The notes under the pieces were generated by a model that saw nothing but the letters and a program-made list of their open reading frames with translations, did no database searches and was not told the DNA's origin. A stretch of DNA of 64,000 nt from Planctomycetota bacterium. GTDB taxonomy: Bacteria; Planctomycetota; B15-G4; SIAN01. The stretch lies in assembly GCA_031409275.1 (NCBI GenBank), contig JANNXA010000055.1:416001-480000 (forward strand), read 5' to 3'. Made by a program: the position numbers and the translations under genes. Below are positions 51,795 to 60,838 of the stretch, piece by piece (positions within the stretch are counted from its first letter, which is position 1; the number at the start of each line of letters is the position of its first letter).

Positions 51795-52481
51795 TCACGG
51801 TTGGGGGGCTTGATCGGACGAGTCCTGCGGGGCTCCGTTCGCCTTCGCGTCGTGATGCGCCAGGCGATCGAGGCGATCCCACTGCTCCTTGAACATGCGC
51901 CGCGCGACGTGCAATCGCCAACGCACGGTGGCGTGGGTCGAACGCACGATCGTCGCGATCTCCTTGCACGAAAGCTCATCGAGCTCGCGCAGGGTCATCA
52001 CCGTTCGATACTTCTCGGGAAGCCTCGCGAGCACGTCGCGGACGCGCGCGACCGTCTCCTGCGATTCCATGCGATCGCCGGGTCCGGTCGTCGGCCCGTC
52101 CGGTTGCGCAAGGCTTCCCGCCACGTCGTCGAGCGCCACCGGCTTCATGCGCGAACGCTTTCGCATCGCGTCGATCGCGAGGTTGACGACGATGCGGTAG
52201 AGCCACGTGTAGAAGCTCATCCCGAAGTCGAAGCGAGCGAGCGCCTTGTACGCGCGCAGGAAACCGTCCTGCACCACGTCGCGTGCCTCCTCGGCATCGC
52301 CGAGCAGGTGGTAGGCCGCCCACCAGGCGCGCTCCTCGTAGCGGCGGACGAGCCCCTCGAACGCCTGACCGTCCCCGGCGAGCGTTCGCTCGACGAGCAC
52401 GTTGTCAGCAGCGTCCGGAGTGCCGCTGCCCTCCGCGCGCAGATTTCGCATCGAAGCGAAGGCTCCCGCTCTGGCGCTCAT
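51795..52481 (-). CDS. ECF sigma-70 factor (start uncertain)
   Basis: AFEGLVRRY, DVVQDGFLRAY, FYTWLYRIVVNLAID, LPEKYR...EIA...TVRWRLHVAR. Confidence 0.93.
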   Translation of the reverse strand: MSARAGAFASMRNLRAEGSGTPDAADNVLVERTLAGDGQAFEGLVRRYEERAWWAAYHLLGDAEEARDVVQDGFLRAYKALARFDFGMSFYTWLYRIVVNLAIDAMRKRSRMKPVALDDVAGSLAQPDGPTTGPGDRMESQETVARVRDVLARLPEKYRTVMTLRELDELSCKEIATIVRSTHATVRWRLHVARRMFKEQWDRLDRLAHHDAKANGAPQDSSDQAPQP

Positions 52482-52542
52482 CGACCCCAAGGCTCCCGGC
52501 CGCGTCCCCGTTGGCCCCCGCGGCCATCGTGGACTCCTTCTC

Positions 52543-52568
52543 TACGACTTGCTCGGGGAGACGTTGGC
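52543..52568 (-). promoter_or_regulatory. ECF-type (AAC-N16-CGTA) promoter upstream of the ECF sigma gene, probably autoregulatory
   Basis: Minus strand gccAAC-gtctccccgagcaagt-CGTA, followed closely by AAGGAG and ATG 52527. Confidence 0.6.
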
Positions 52569-52596
52569 CCGGAGTTTCGCCGTGACGCGCGCTCCC

Positions 52597-53619
52597 TCAG
52601 CGCCCGGGCGCGGCGTCGCTCTCCATGCGAAACTTTCCGATCGCCCGGTACTTGGCGTAGCGGCGGTCGAGCAGTTCGTCGACGGGCAAGGCAGAGAGTT
52701 CGGCGAGGTTGCGCTCCACCACTTCGGCCAACGTCTTCGCCATGGCCACCGGGTCGCGGTGCGCGCCCCCCGCGGGCTCCTCGATCACCTCGTCGACGAC
52801 GCCGAGGTCGAGCAGGTCGGGCGCGGTCAGCCGCAACGCCTTCGCGGCCTCCCCCTTCTTCTCGGGATCCTTCCACAAGATCGCCGCGCAGCCTTCGGGC
52901 GAGATCACCGAGTAATAGGCGTGCTCGAGGATCAGCAGCTTGTCGGCGACGCCGATTCCGAGCGCCCCACCGCTGCCGCCCTCGCCGATCACCACGCTCA
53001 CCACTGGCACGCGCAGCGTCGACATCTCGAGGATGCTCGTCGCGATCGCGCCGGCTTGTCCGCGCTCCTCGGCGCCGATGCCGGGAAACGCGCCCTGAGT
53101 GTCGATCAGCGTGACGATCGGCACGTGGAACCGTTCCGCGAGACGCATCTTCAGCATCGCCTTGCGGTAGCCCTCGGGATGAGCGCACCCGAAGTTGGCG
53201 GCGACGCGCTCCTTGGTCGTCTTGCCTTTGCGGTGGGCCACCACCAGCACGCGCCGCTCGCCGAGATTGGCGAGCCCGCAGACGATGGCGCGATCGTCGC
53301 CGAAGACGCGGTCGCCGTGCAGTTCGAGGAAGCCGCTGAAGGCGTGCTCGATGTAGTCGGTCGAGTGCGGGCGGCGCGGGTGGCGGGCGAGTCGCACGCG
53401 GTCCCACGGCGTGAGCTCCGCAAAGATCTTGCGAATCAGCTTGTCGCGCAGGTTCTTGAGCGGCCCGACCTCGGTCGCCACGTCCTGCGCCGTCAGCGCC
53501 GTCGGCGACGAAGTGGCGAGTTTCTCGATCTCCGAGATCTTCTGGTCGATCTCGGCGATCGGCTTTTCGAAGTCGAGCCACTCCTTCGAGTCGTTGCCAC
53601 TCGCCACCCGAATCTCCAC
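52597..53619 (-). CDS. accA: Acetyl-CoA carboxylase carboxyltransferase alpha
   Basis: LDFEKPI, ARHPRRP, ELHGDR, PEGYRKA, GEGGSGGAL, YSVISPEGCAAILW. Confidence 0.97.
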   Translation of the reverse strand: MEIRVASGNDSKEWLDFEKPIAEIDQKISEIEKLATSSPTALTAQDVATEVGPLKNLRDKLIRKIFAELTPWDRVRLARHPRRPHSTDYIEHAFSGFLELHGDRVFGDDRAIVCGLANLGERRVLVVAHRKGKTTKERVAANFGCAHPEGYRKAMLKMRLAERFHVPIVTLIDTQGAFPGIGAEERGQAGAIATSILEMSTLRVPVVSVVIGEGGSGGALGIGVADKLLILEHAYYSVISPEGCAAILWKDPEKKGEAAKALRLTAPDLLDLGVVDEVIEEPAGGAHRDPVAMAKTLAEVVERNLAELSALPVDELLDRRYAKYRAIGKFRMESDAAPGR

Positions 53620-53732
53620 CGGTCATCCAGAAGCGCGGCCCACCGTGCGGCGGCGCTGCCGAGGCCGTCACGCTGCGGTGCGCGACGGCCGCGGCTTCTT
53701 TGCGAAGCGCGGGCACGATAAAGAATCATCCA

Positions 53733-56663
53733 ATGGCGCCGAATCCCTCCTCCCCGTCCACGTTCCTGCGGGTCGAAGTCGCGACCCGCAGCGGTTTCCC
53801 CGATGCCGCCGCGAAGAAGCTCGCGGCCGAGATCGGTCGCACGCTCGAACGCCCGGTGCAAGTCGAGCTCGTGCGCGGCTACAGCATCGCGTTCGCAGGC
53901 GCCGCGCCGCGCGACGACGCGCTGGCCGCGAGGCTGCACGCCGTGCTCGCCGATCCGGTGCTGCACTCCTCGCAGCTCCTGTCCGGCGACGCGCCCGTAC
54001 CCACTCCGTCGGCCGGCTTCCGACGCCTCGATGTCGTGCGCCGGCCGGGCGTGATGGATCCCGCCGCCGCCTCGGTGTTGCGCGCACTCGAGGCCGTCGG
54101 TCTCGCACCGCGCTCCATTCGGACCTACCGCGCCGTGCTCGTGAAAGGTGCCACGAGCGACAGCGAGCTGCAGCGAATCGGCGCGCGCTGCCTCGCCAAC
54201 CTCCTCGTCGAAGAGGTGCGACTCGATCCGCGCGAAGCGATCGCGCCCTTTGGCGAACTTGCGCCGGCACCGTTTCGCCGCGTCGAGGTTCCGCTGCGCG
54301 CCGCCGATGACGCGGCGCTCGTCCGGCTCAGCAAGGAAGGGATGCTGGCCCTCGACCTCGCCGAGATGCAGGCGATCCAGGCCCATTTCCGCCAGGAGGG
54401 GCGCGACCCCACCGACGTCGAGCTCGAGACGCTGGCGCAGACCTGGTCGGAGCACTGCAAGCACAAGACGCTGACCAGCGCGGTCGAACTGCACGGCGAT
54501 GGCGCCCCGCGCCGCTACGACAACCTGCTGAAGGAGACGATCTTCGCTGCGACGCAGCAGCTCGCGCTGCCGTGGTGCCTCTCCGTCTTCCGTGACAACG
54601 CCGGCGTCATCGAGTTCGACGCCGAGTACGCGGTGACCTTCAAGGTCGAGACGCACAACCACCCCTCCGCGCTCGAGCCGTACGGCGGAGCCGGCACCGG
54701 GCTTGGCGGCGTCATCCGCGACACGCTCGGCACCGGGCTCGGCGCCAAGCCGATCTTGTCGACCGATGTCTTCTGCGTCGGCCCGCTCGCGCTGAGGGAC
54801 GATGAGCTGCCCGCCGGCACGCTGCCGCCGCGCCGCATCCTGCAGGGGATCGTCGCGGGAGTTCGCGACTACGGCAATCGAATGGGGATCCCCACCACCA
54901 ACGGCGCCGTCTTCGTGCACGCCGACTACCGAACCAACCCGCTGGTCTTCTGCGGCAACGTCGGCCTGATCCCGCGCCACAAGATCCAGAAAGCCGCTCG
55001 CAAGGGCGACCTCGTCTTCGTGCTCGGCGGACGGACCGGTCGCGATGGCATCCACGGCGCGACCTTCTCGAGCTTGAGCCTCGACAGCTCGAGCTCGACG
55101 GTGGCGTCCGGCGCCGTGCAGATCGGCAACGCCATCGAGGAGAAGAAGCTCCTCGACGCGGTGCTCGACGCGCGCGACCGCGGTTGGTTCTCCGCCATCA
55201 CCGATTGCGGCGCTGGCGGTCTCTCGTCGGCGATCGGCGAAATGGGCGAGGAGCTCGGCGCCGACGTCGAGCTCGCCCGCGTGCCGCTCAAGTACCAGGG
55301 ACTCACCGCCGGCGAGATCTGGATCAGCGAAGCGCAAGAACGCATGGTCCTCGCCGTGATGCCGGAACATGCCGAGGAGTTGCGCGCGCTCTGCCGCATG
55401 CACGGCGTCGAGGCGACCGAACTCGGCACGTTCACGGGGAGCGGCCGATTGCGGCTCACCTTCGAGGGCAAGCCGGTCGCCGACCTCTCGATGCAGTTCC
55501 TCCACCACGGGCTGCCCAAACGCATGCGCCGCGCGACCGCGACCCGGACGGCTCCGCGTCCCGCGCCGCTGCCGCTCGACGTCGACTGCAATCGCCTGCT
55601 GCTGCAATTGCTCGCTTCGCCCGACATCACCAGCAAGGAAGAGATCGTCCGTCAGTACGACCACGAGGTGCTCGCTGGCTCGGCGGTGAAGCCGATGGTG
55701 GGCGCAGGTGGCTTCGGGCCATCGGACGCTTGCGTCGTCGCGCCGCGGCTCGGCTCGCGCAGGGCGATCGCCGTCGGCTGCGGCATGTCGCCGACCACCG
55801 GCGCAGCCGATCCGCACGCGATGGCGCTGCTCGCCATCGATGAAGCGGTTCGCAACGTCGTCTGCGTCGGCGGCCGCTTCGATCGCCTGGCGCTGCTCGA
55901 CAACTTCGCCTGGCCTTCGGTCGACGACGAAGCGACGCTCGGCTCGATCGCTCGCTGCGCCGAAGGGTGCCGCGACGTCGCGCTCGCCTACCAGACACCG
56001 TTCATCTCCGGCAAGGACTCGCTGCACAACCAGACCCGAACGAAGGACGGGGTGATCCGCATCCCGCCGACGCTGCTCGTCTCGGCCATCGCGCTGATGG
56101 ATGACGTCACCGGCGCCGTCACCATGGACGCCAAGCGCGCCGATCACCACTTGATCCTCGTCGGCGAAACGCGCGACGAGTTCGGCGGCGCGCGCGCGCT
56201 GGCGCTGCTCGGCCTCGACGCGGGGGGAGCCGCCGGCACGGTGCCGCGCGTCGACCTCCCAAGCGCGCGCCGTCTCCACGAAGCGGTCGCGCGAGCGATC
56301 GCGTCGAAGCGCGTGAAGAGCTGCCACGACCTCTCCGAGGGCGGCCTCGCGGTCGCCGCGGCCGAGATGTGCCTCGCCGGCGGGCTCGGTGCGGCGCTCC
56401 ACCTCGGCAACGTGCCGCGCCCGGCGGGCCTTGACCACGACGCGACGCTCCTCTTCAGCGAGAGCGCGCCGCGCTACCTCCTCGAAGTGGCGTGGGAGGA
56501 CCTCGATGCCGTGAGCCGACTGCTGGCCGGCATCCCGCACGGCGTGATCGGCACGCTGACCGAGAGGCCGGTCTTCACGGTGAGCGGCCTCTCGCAGAAA
56601 CCGCTGTTGCAGCTCGACGTGGCGAAACTCACTTCCGCGTTTCGAACGGGGCTCGACTTCTGA
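53733..56663 (+). CDS. purL: FGAM synthase PurL with N-terminal PurS-like extension
   Basis: RPGVMDP PurS-like segment, QTWSEHCKHK, KVETHNHPSALEP, DCGAGG, SGKDSL, HDLSEGG. Confidence 0.96.
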   Translation: MAPNPSSPSTFLRVEVATRSGFPDAAAKKLAAEIGRTLERPVQVELVRGYSIAFAGAAPRDDALAARLHAVLADPVLHSSQLLSGDAPVPTPSAGFRRLDVVRRPGVMDPAAASVLRALEAVGLAPRSIRTYRAVLVKGATSDSELQRIGARCLANLLVEEVRLDPREAIAPFGELAPAPFRRVEVPLRAADDAALVRLSKEGMLALDLAEMQAIQAHFRQEGRDPTDVELETLAQTWSEHCKHKTLTSAVELHGDGAPRRYDNLLKETIFAATQQLALPWCLSVFRDNAGVIEFDAEYAVTFKVETHNHPSALEPYGGAGTGLGGVIRDTLGTGLGAKPILSTDVFCVGPLALRDDELPAGTLPPRRILQGIVAGVRDYGNRMGIPTTNGAVFVHADYRTNPLVFCGNVGLIPRHKIQKAARKGDLVFVLGGRTGRDGIHGATFSSLSLDSSSSTVASGAVQIGNAIEEKKLLDAVLDARDRGWFSAITDCGAGGLSSAIGEMGEELGADVELARVPLKYQGLTAGEIWISEAQERMVLAVMPEHAEELRALCRMHGVEATELGTFTGSGRLRLTFEGKPVADLSMQFLHHGLPKRMRRATATRTAPRPAPLPLDVDCNRLLLQLLASPDITSKEEIVRQYDHEVLAGSAVKPMVGAGGFGPSDACVVAPRLGSRRAIAVGCGMSPTTGAADPHAMALLAIDEAVRNVVCVGGRFDRLALLDNFAWPSVDDEATLGSIARCAEGCRDVALAYQTPFISGKDSLHNQTRTKDGVIRIPPTLLVSAIALMDDVTGAVTMDAKRADHHLILVGETRDEFGGARALALLGLDAGGAAGTVPRVDLPSARRLHEAVARAIASKRVKSCHDLSEGGLAVAAAEMCLAGGLGAALHLGNVPRPAGLDHDATLLFSESAPRYLLEVAWEDLDAVSRLLAGIPHGVIGTLTERPVFTVSGLSQKPLLQLDVAKLTSAFRTGLDF

Positions 56664-57445
56664 TGGCTGCTCGCCCGCGCGCCCTGATCGTCCGATCCGC
56701 TGGAACCAACTGCGACGCCGAGACCGCGTTCGCACTCGAGAGCTGCGGCGCACGCGCCACCATCCTGCCGGCGCAGCCATTCCTCGAGCGACCGGAGATG
56801 CTCTCCGACTACCAGATCCTCGCCATCCCCGGTGGCTTCTCGTACGGCGACGACATCCTCGCCGGCAAGGTCTTCGGCCTCGAGCTCGCGGCGCGCGCCG
56901 GCGAGCAGATCGTGAACCTCGTGCAGCGCGGCGGCGTCGCCATCGGCATCTGCAACGGCTTCCAGATCCTCGTGCAGATGGGGCTCCTGCCCGGGATCGA
57001 GCGGCCCTTCGGCAAACCCGAGGTGACGCTCACCGACAACGATGTCCACAAGTACCAGGATCGCTGGGTGCGCATGCGCGTCACGAGCGACCGCTGCGTC
57101 TGGCTCAAGCAAGGCGAGACGCTGTTCGCGCCCGCTGCGCACGGCGAGGGCAAGTTGATCCCGCGCGACGAGGCGCTGCGGCGCGCGCTGCACGAGCAGG
57201 GGCGCGTCGTGCTGCGCTACATCGGGCCGCAAGGCGAGGACGACCCGCCGTTCCCCCATTGCCCCAACGGCGCGGTCGACTCGATCGCCGGCCTCACCGA
57301 TCGCACCGGTCGCATCCTCGGCCTGATGCCCCACCCCGAGCGCCACTTCCTCCCGTGGCACCACCCGACGTGGACGCGCGACGGCCTCGCCGACCTCCCC
57401 GACGGCAGAAAGCTCTTCGAGCGCGGCGTGGGCGCGGTGAGCTGA
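56663..57445 (+). CDS. purQ: FGAM synthase glutaminase subunit
   Basis: GTNCD, GGFSYGD, GICNGFQ, AHGEG, GLMPHPER. Confidence 0.97.
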   Translation: MAARPRALIVRSAGTNCDAETAFALESCGARATILPAQPFLERPEMLSDYQILAIPGGFSYGDDILAGKVFGLELAARAGEQIVNLVQRGGVAIGICNGFQILVQMGLLPGIERPFGKPEVTLTDNDVHKYQDRWVRMRVTSDRCVWLKQGETLFAPAAHGEGKLIPRDEALRRALHEQGRVVLRYIGPQGEDDPPFPHCPNGAVDSIAGLTDRTGRILGLMPHPERHFLPWHHPTWTRDGLADLPDGRKLFERGVGAVS

Positions 57446-57464
57446 GCGCGAGCGAAGAGGCGCT

Positions 57465-57878
57465 TCAGCGCGTCTGCACGGGTGGTGGCGCTAGGAGCAT
57501 GTCGATCCACGCTGCAAGCGGCGCGAGCACGGCATCGAGCAGTGACAGGAAGCCCGACACGCGGTCGCGATCCTCGAGGATCCAGCGTCGTTCGCCGAGT
57601 TCGCGCGCCGCCGCCAGAGCCGCCGCCAACGCGCCACGCAGCGGAATCGCCAACGGCGATGGGCCAGCGTCGAGCGCTGGCCTCAACAGCCCTTCGAGCT
57701 CCGCGAGTTCCGCCACCAGGTCATCGTCGAAGAAGAGCAGCTTCACCGGAAAGTAGTGCGGCAGTGGACGCGTCACGACCGTCACCGACTGATTTGCGGC
57801 GAGCGCGCCATCGAGACAGCCTGCCGCGCGCACGAGTCGAAGCTGCAGCCGCCGCAGTTCCTTCAGCGTCGTCTCCAT
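57465..57878 (-). CDS. Hypothetical helical protein
   Basis: ATG 4 nt after the upstream stop; Leu/Ala-rich; fills the gap to purQ. Confidence 0.55.
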   Translation of the reverse strand: METTLKELRRLQLRLVRAAGCLDGALAANQSVTVVTRPLPHYFPVKLLFFDDDLVAELAELEGLLRPALDAGPSPLAIPLRGALAAALAAARELGERRWILEDRDRVSGFLSLLDAVLAPLAAWIDMLLAPPPVQTR

Positions 57879-57882
57879 CGCT

Positions 57883-60771
57883 TCAGCGCCCTTCGCGCAG
57901 TCGACGCATCGCGTCGCGCGCGGCGCCCATGCGCGCATCGAGCTTCAGCGCTCGCTCGTAGCGGACGATGGCGTCGCTCTTCTTTCCCTGCAGCTCGAAG
58001 AGGCGGCCGCGCTGGAACTCGCTGGCGGCACTGCTGCCCGCCTTCGCCTCCAGCCGATCGAGCGCGCCATTCGCGTCGCTGAAGTCGCGGCCGCGTGCGT
58101 ACTCCTCGGCGACCTGCACGAGCAGTGCGGGCGCGCGTCGCTCGAGCTCCGCGAGCCGGCGCGTCGCCTCGGCCGCATCGCCGCGCTTCTTCGCCGACAG
58201 CCAACGCCAGAACGACAGCCGCTCGAGCGACGGGTCGCGATCGTACGCCTCGGCCAACAGCGGCTCGGCGAGCGGCGCGGCCTCATGCATCAGCGCCGAC
58301 GCGGCCACGTCGCGAAACAGCGGCGCGAGCTCGGCGGCGGGCAGCGCGGCGATCAGCTCGGCCTGTTGATAGAGCGGCGTCCGGCGCGCGGCGAAAAGGC
58401 CGCCGAGGATCGCATCGATCGAGTTGGCCTGCATGTGGCGCGCAGCAGAGAACTCGAGGAACGGCACGTCGTCGCGAATCAGGCGCGGACCGCCATCGGC
58501 GAAGGCGCGCGCGTCGCCACCGGCCAGCAGCATCATCGGCGCGAGCTGCGCGGCGAGCGACGCGTTGCTGCCGGCGAGAGCCGGCGCCAGCCAGGGGCGC
58601 TGCGCGGAGCGCTGCGCCAGCGTCGCCGGGTCGAGCGCGAGCGGCTCCATCGCGCCGACCATCAGCGTGTCGCCGCTGGTCGTCTTCCAGATCGCGACAT
58701 GCGGGAAGACGCTGCCGAGCGTCGCGAAGATCGCCTGGTAGTCGTCCGGACTGCTCCAGTAGAGCTGCACCCATTGGCAGAGGACGCCGCCCGGCGCCAG
58801 TCGATCGCGGCAGAGCTCGTAGAACTCGACGGTGAACAGGCCGGCCATGCCGGCGAGCCACGGATTGCTCGGTTCCGTGGTGATGACGTCGTAGCGGACT
58901 GGCGCGCGGCGCAGCAGCGCGCGACCGTCGTCGGCGATCAGCGTCACGTTGGGATCGGCGTGGGCGTTGCGGTTCACGTCGGCGAAGCGAGGCGAAACGG
59001 CCAGCACCTCCGCCTCGATCTCGGCGCAGACGACGCGCCCGCCGTAGCGCGAGGCGGCGGCCGCAGTGACTCCGGCGCCGTAGCCCAGCACGAAGACCTC
59101 CTTCGACTCGCGCGCCAGCAACTGCGGCAGCCACGCCAGCAGCAGCTGCGTCCCCATGTCGCCCCGCGACGTCGCATCGACCTTGCCGTTCACGGCCAGC
59201 GCGCGCTCCTGGTTCTGCTCGAAGACGGCGACGCTGCAGGAGGCGCCATCGCGCACTTCGAGGAGCATGCGCTCCGCAGCCAACGCGCGTGGCCCGTAGA
59301 GGCCGACGCCGCCATAGATCGCGCGCGGATCCCAGCGGCCCAGTGCGCGCGAGGCGAAGCCGCCGCCGGCGACGCCTGCCAACAGCAGCAGCGCCAGCAG
59401 CAGCTGACGCGCGCCGCTGCGGACCGCGCCGCGCGCCGCCGCGACGAGCACCGCGCCTAGCGCGCCGACCGCGAGCGACGCCGCGAAGAGCGTCCCTTCC
59501 AGTCCGAAGCGCGGCAGCAACCAGAAGTGCGTGGCCAGCGAAGCGACCACTCCGCCGAGCGTGGAGAGCAGATAGGAGGAGCCGATCCCACGACCGAGTT
59601 CACCGGTCGCTGCGACCCGCAGATCGGAGAGCGCGGGGAAGGCGATGCCGAGCAGCAGCGACGGCACCAGCACCAGCGCCCCGCCGAGCTCGAGCGCGAG
59701 ACGCGCGCGCGCGCCGGTCGCTGCGGCGTCGGCGTGCGCGGTCGCCTCGTAGAGCGCCCCGCCGACCGACGCGACGAGGTCGTCGACGAACGGCTGCAGA
59801 CCGAGCAACAGAAGCGCGAGCAGGAACTGCGCGGCGATCAGCACGCGCAACGCGGTCGCGCCGCGCCGCACCAACGTCGCATAGACGAGCGCGCCCACCC
59901 CAAGTCCGGTGAGGTAGAGCGCCAAGACGATCGAGAACGCGTAGGTCGTGCCGCCGACGCCCAGCGCCATCAGCCGCGTCCATCCGAACTCGAGCACGAT
60001 CGACAGCGCGGAACTCACGATCAGCGCGCCTGCCCAGATCGGCCACGCCAGATCGAGCGTCCGCGGCGCGACGAGCGGCACCTGCAGCGCGCGCGGCGCG
60101 CTCGACCGCTGCGCCCCGCCCGACTCCACGTTGGCACCGGCGCGCGACGCCGCCGCGACCGCTCGGCGGTCGAGCCGCCAGGCCAGCGCCGCCAGCGCGA
60201 GATTGAACGCCGCCGCCACCAACCGGCTCTTCCACAGGCCGACCTGCTCCACCAGCACGAAGCCGGCGAGCAGGCAGCCCGCCACCCCGCCGAGCGTATT
60301 CCAGCCGTAGAGGCGGCCGATCAACGCGCCGCTCTTCTCGCCGCCGCCAGCGAACGCCGTGCAGAGCACCGGCAAGGTCGCCCCCATGCACGCCGTTGCG
60401 GGCAACAGCAGCACGAACGTCGCAAGGAAGCGCACCGGCGTCGCCAGGCCGTGTTCGACCAGCGACGGCCACCACGGATCGAGCAGCGTGCGATCGAGTC
60501 CGGCGATGAGCCACGGCGCCAGCGGCGCGAACAACGCGATCGCGATCTCGAGCTGCGCGTAGCGACGCAGCAGGCCGGGGCCGTTTCGGACGCGTCGCCC
60601 GGCAACGAAGGCGCCGAGCGCAAGGCCGGCCAGGAACGCCGCCACCACCGCCGAGAGTGCCTGCGCCGAGCCGCCGAAGAGGTAGCCCAGGTCACGAACC
60701 CAGAGCACCTCGTAGACGAGGGCGGCCATGCCGGAGACGAACATGTAGCGGGCGGCAATCGCCGTCGGCAT
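57883..60771 (-). CDS. Fused MFS-like membrane domain / spermidine-synthase-like SAM-binding domain / TPR
   Basis: SGMAALVYEVLW, YGWNTLGG, NGKVDAT, VLGYGAGVT, DDGR, DVITTEPSNPW, LFTVEFY, C-terminal TPR. Confidence 0.9.
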   Translation of the reverse strand: MPTAIAARYMFVSGMAALVYEVLWVRDLGYLFGGSAQALSAVVAAFLAGLALGAFVAGRRVRNGPGLLRRYAQLEIAIALFAPLAPWLIAGLDRTLLDPWWPSLVEHGLATPVRFLATFVLLLPATACMGATLPVLCTAFAGGGEKSGALIGRLYGWNTLGGVAGCLLAGFVLVEQVGLWKSRLVAAAFNLALAALAWRLDRRAVAAASRAGANVESGGAQRSSAPRALQVPLVAPRTLDLAWPIWAGALIVSSALSIVLEFGWTRLMALGVGGTTYAFSIVLALYLTGLGVGALVYATLVRRGATALRVLIAAQFLLALLLLGLQPFVDDLVASVGGALYEATAHADAAATGARARLALELGGALVLVPSLLLGIAFPALSDLRVAATGELGRGIGSSYLLSTLGGVVASLATHFWLLPRFGLEGTLFAASLAVGALGAVLVAAARGAVRSGARQLLLALLLLAGVAGGGFASRALGRWDPRAIYGGVGLYGPRALAAERMLLEVRDGASCSVAVFEQNQERALAVNGKVDATSRGDMGTQLLLAWLPQLLARESKEVFVLGYGAGVTAAAASRYGGRVVCAEIEAEVLAVSPRFADVNRNAHADPNVTLIADDGRALLRRAPVRYDVITTEPSNPWLAGMAGLFTVEFYELCRDRLAPGGVLCQWVQLYWSSPDDYQAIFATLGSVFPHVAIWKTTSGDTLMVGAMEPLALDPATLAQRSAQRPWLAPALAGSNASLAAQLAPMMLLAGGDARAFADGGPRLIRDDVPFLEFSAARHMQANSIDAILGGLFAARRTPLYQQAELIAALPAAELAPLFRDVAASALMHEAAPLAEPLLAEAYDRDPSLERLSFWRWLSAKKRGDAAEATRRLAELERRAPALLVQVAEEYARGRDFSDANGALDRLEAKAGSSAASEFQRGRLFELQGKKSDAIVRYERALKLDARMGAARDAMRRLREGR

Positions 60772-60838
60772 CGACCAGCTCCACCTCGAATCGCGGCGCA
60801 AAGCTAGCATGCGCCGCTTTTGCACCGTGAAGGTCTCC

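Noticed and set aside
53733..54300. PurS-like extension fused to PurL as a novelty
   Set aside because: To my knowledge this architecture is already known in several phyla; housekeeping.
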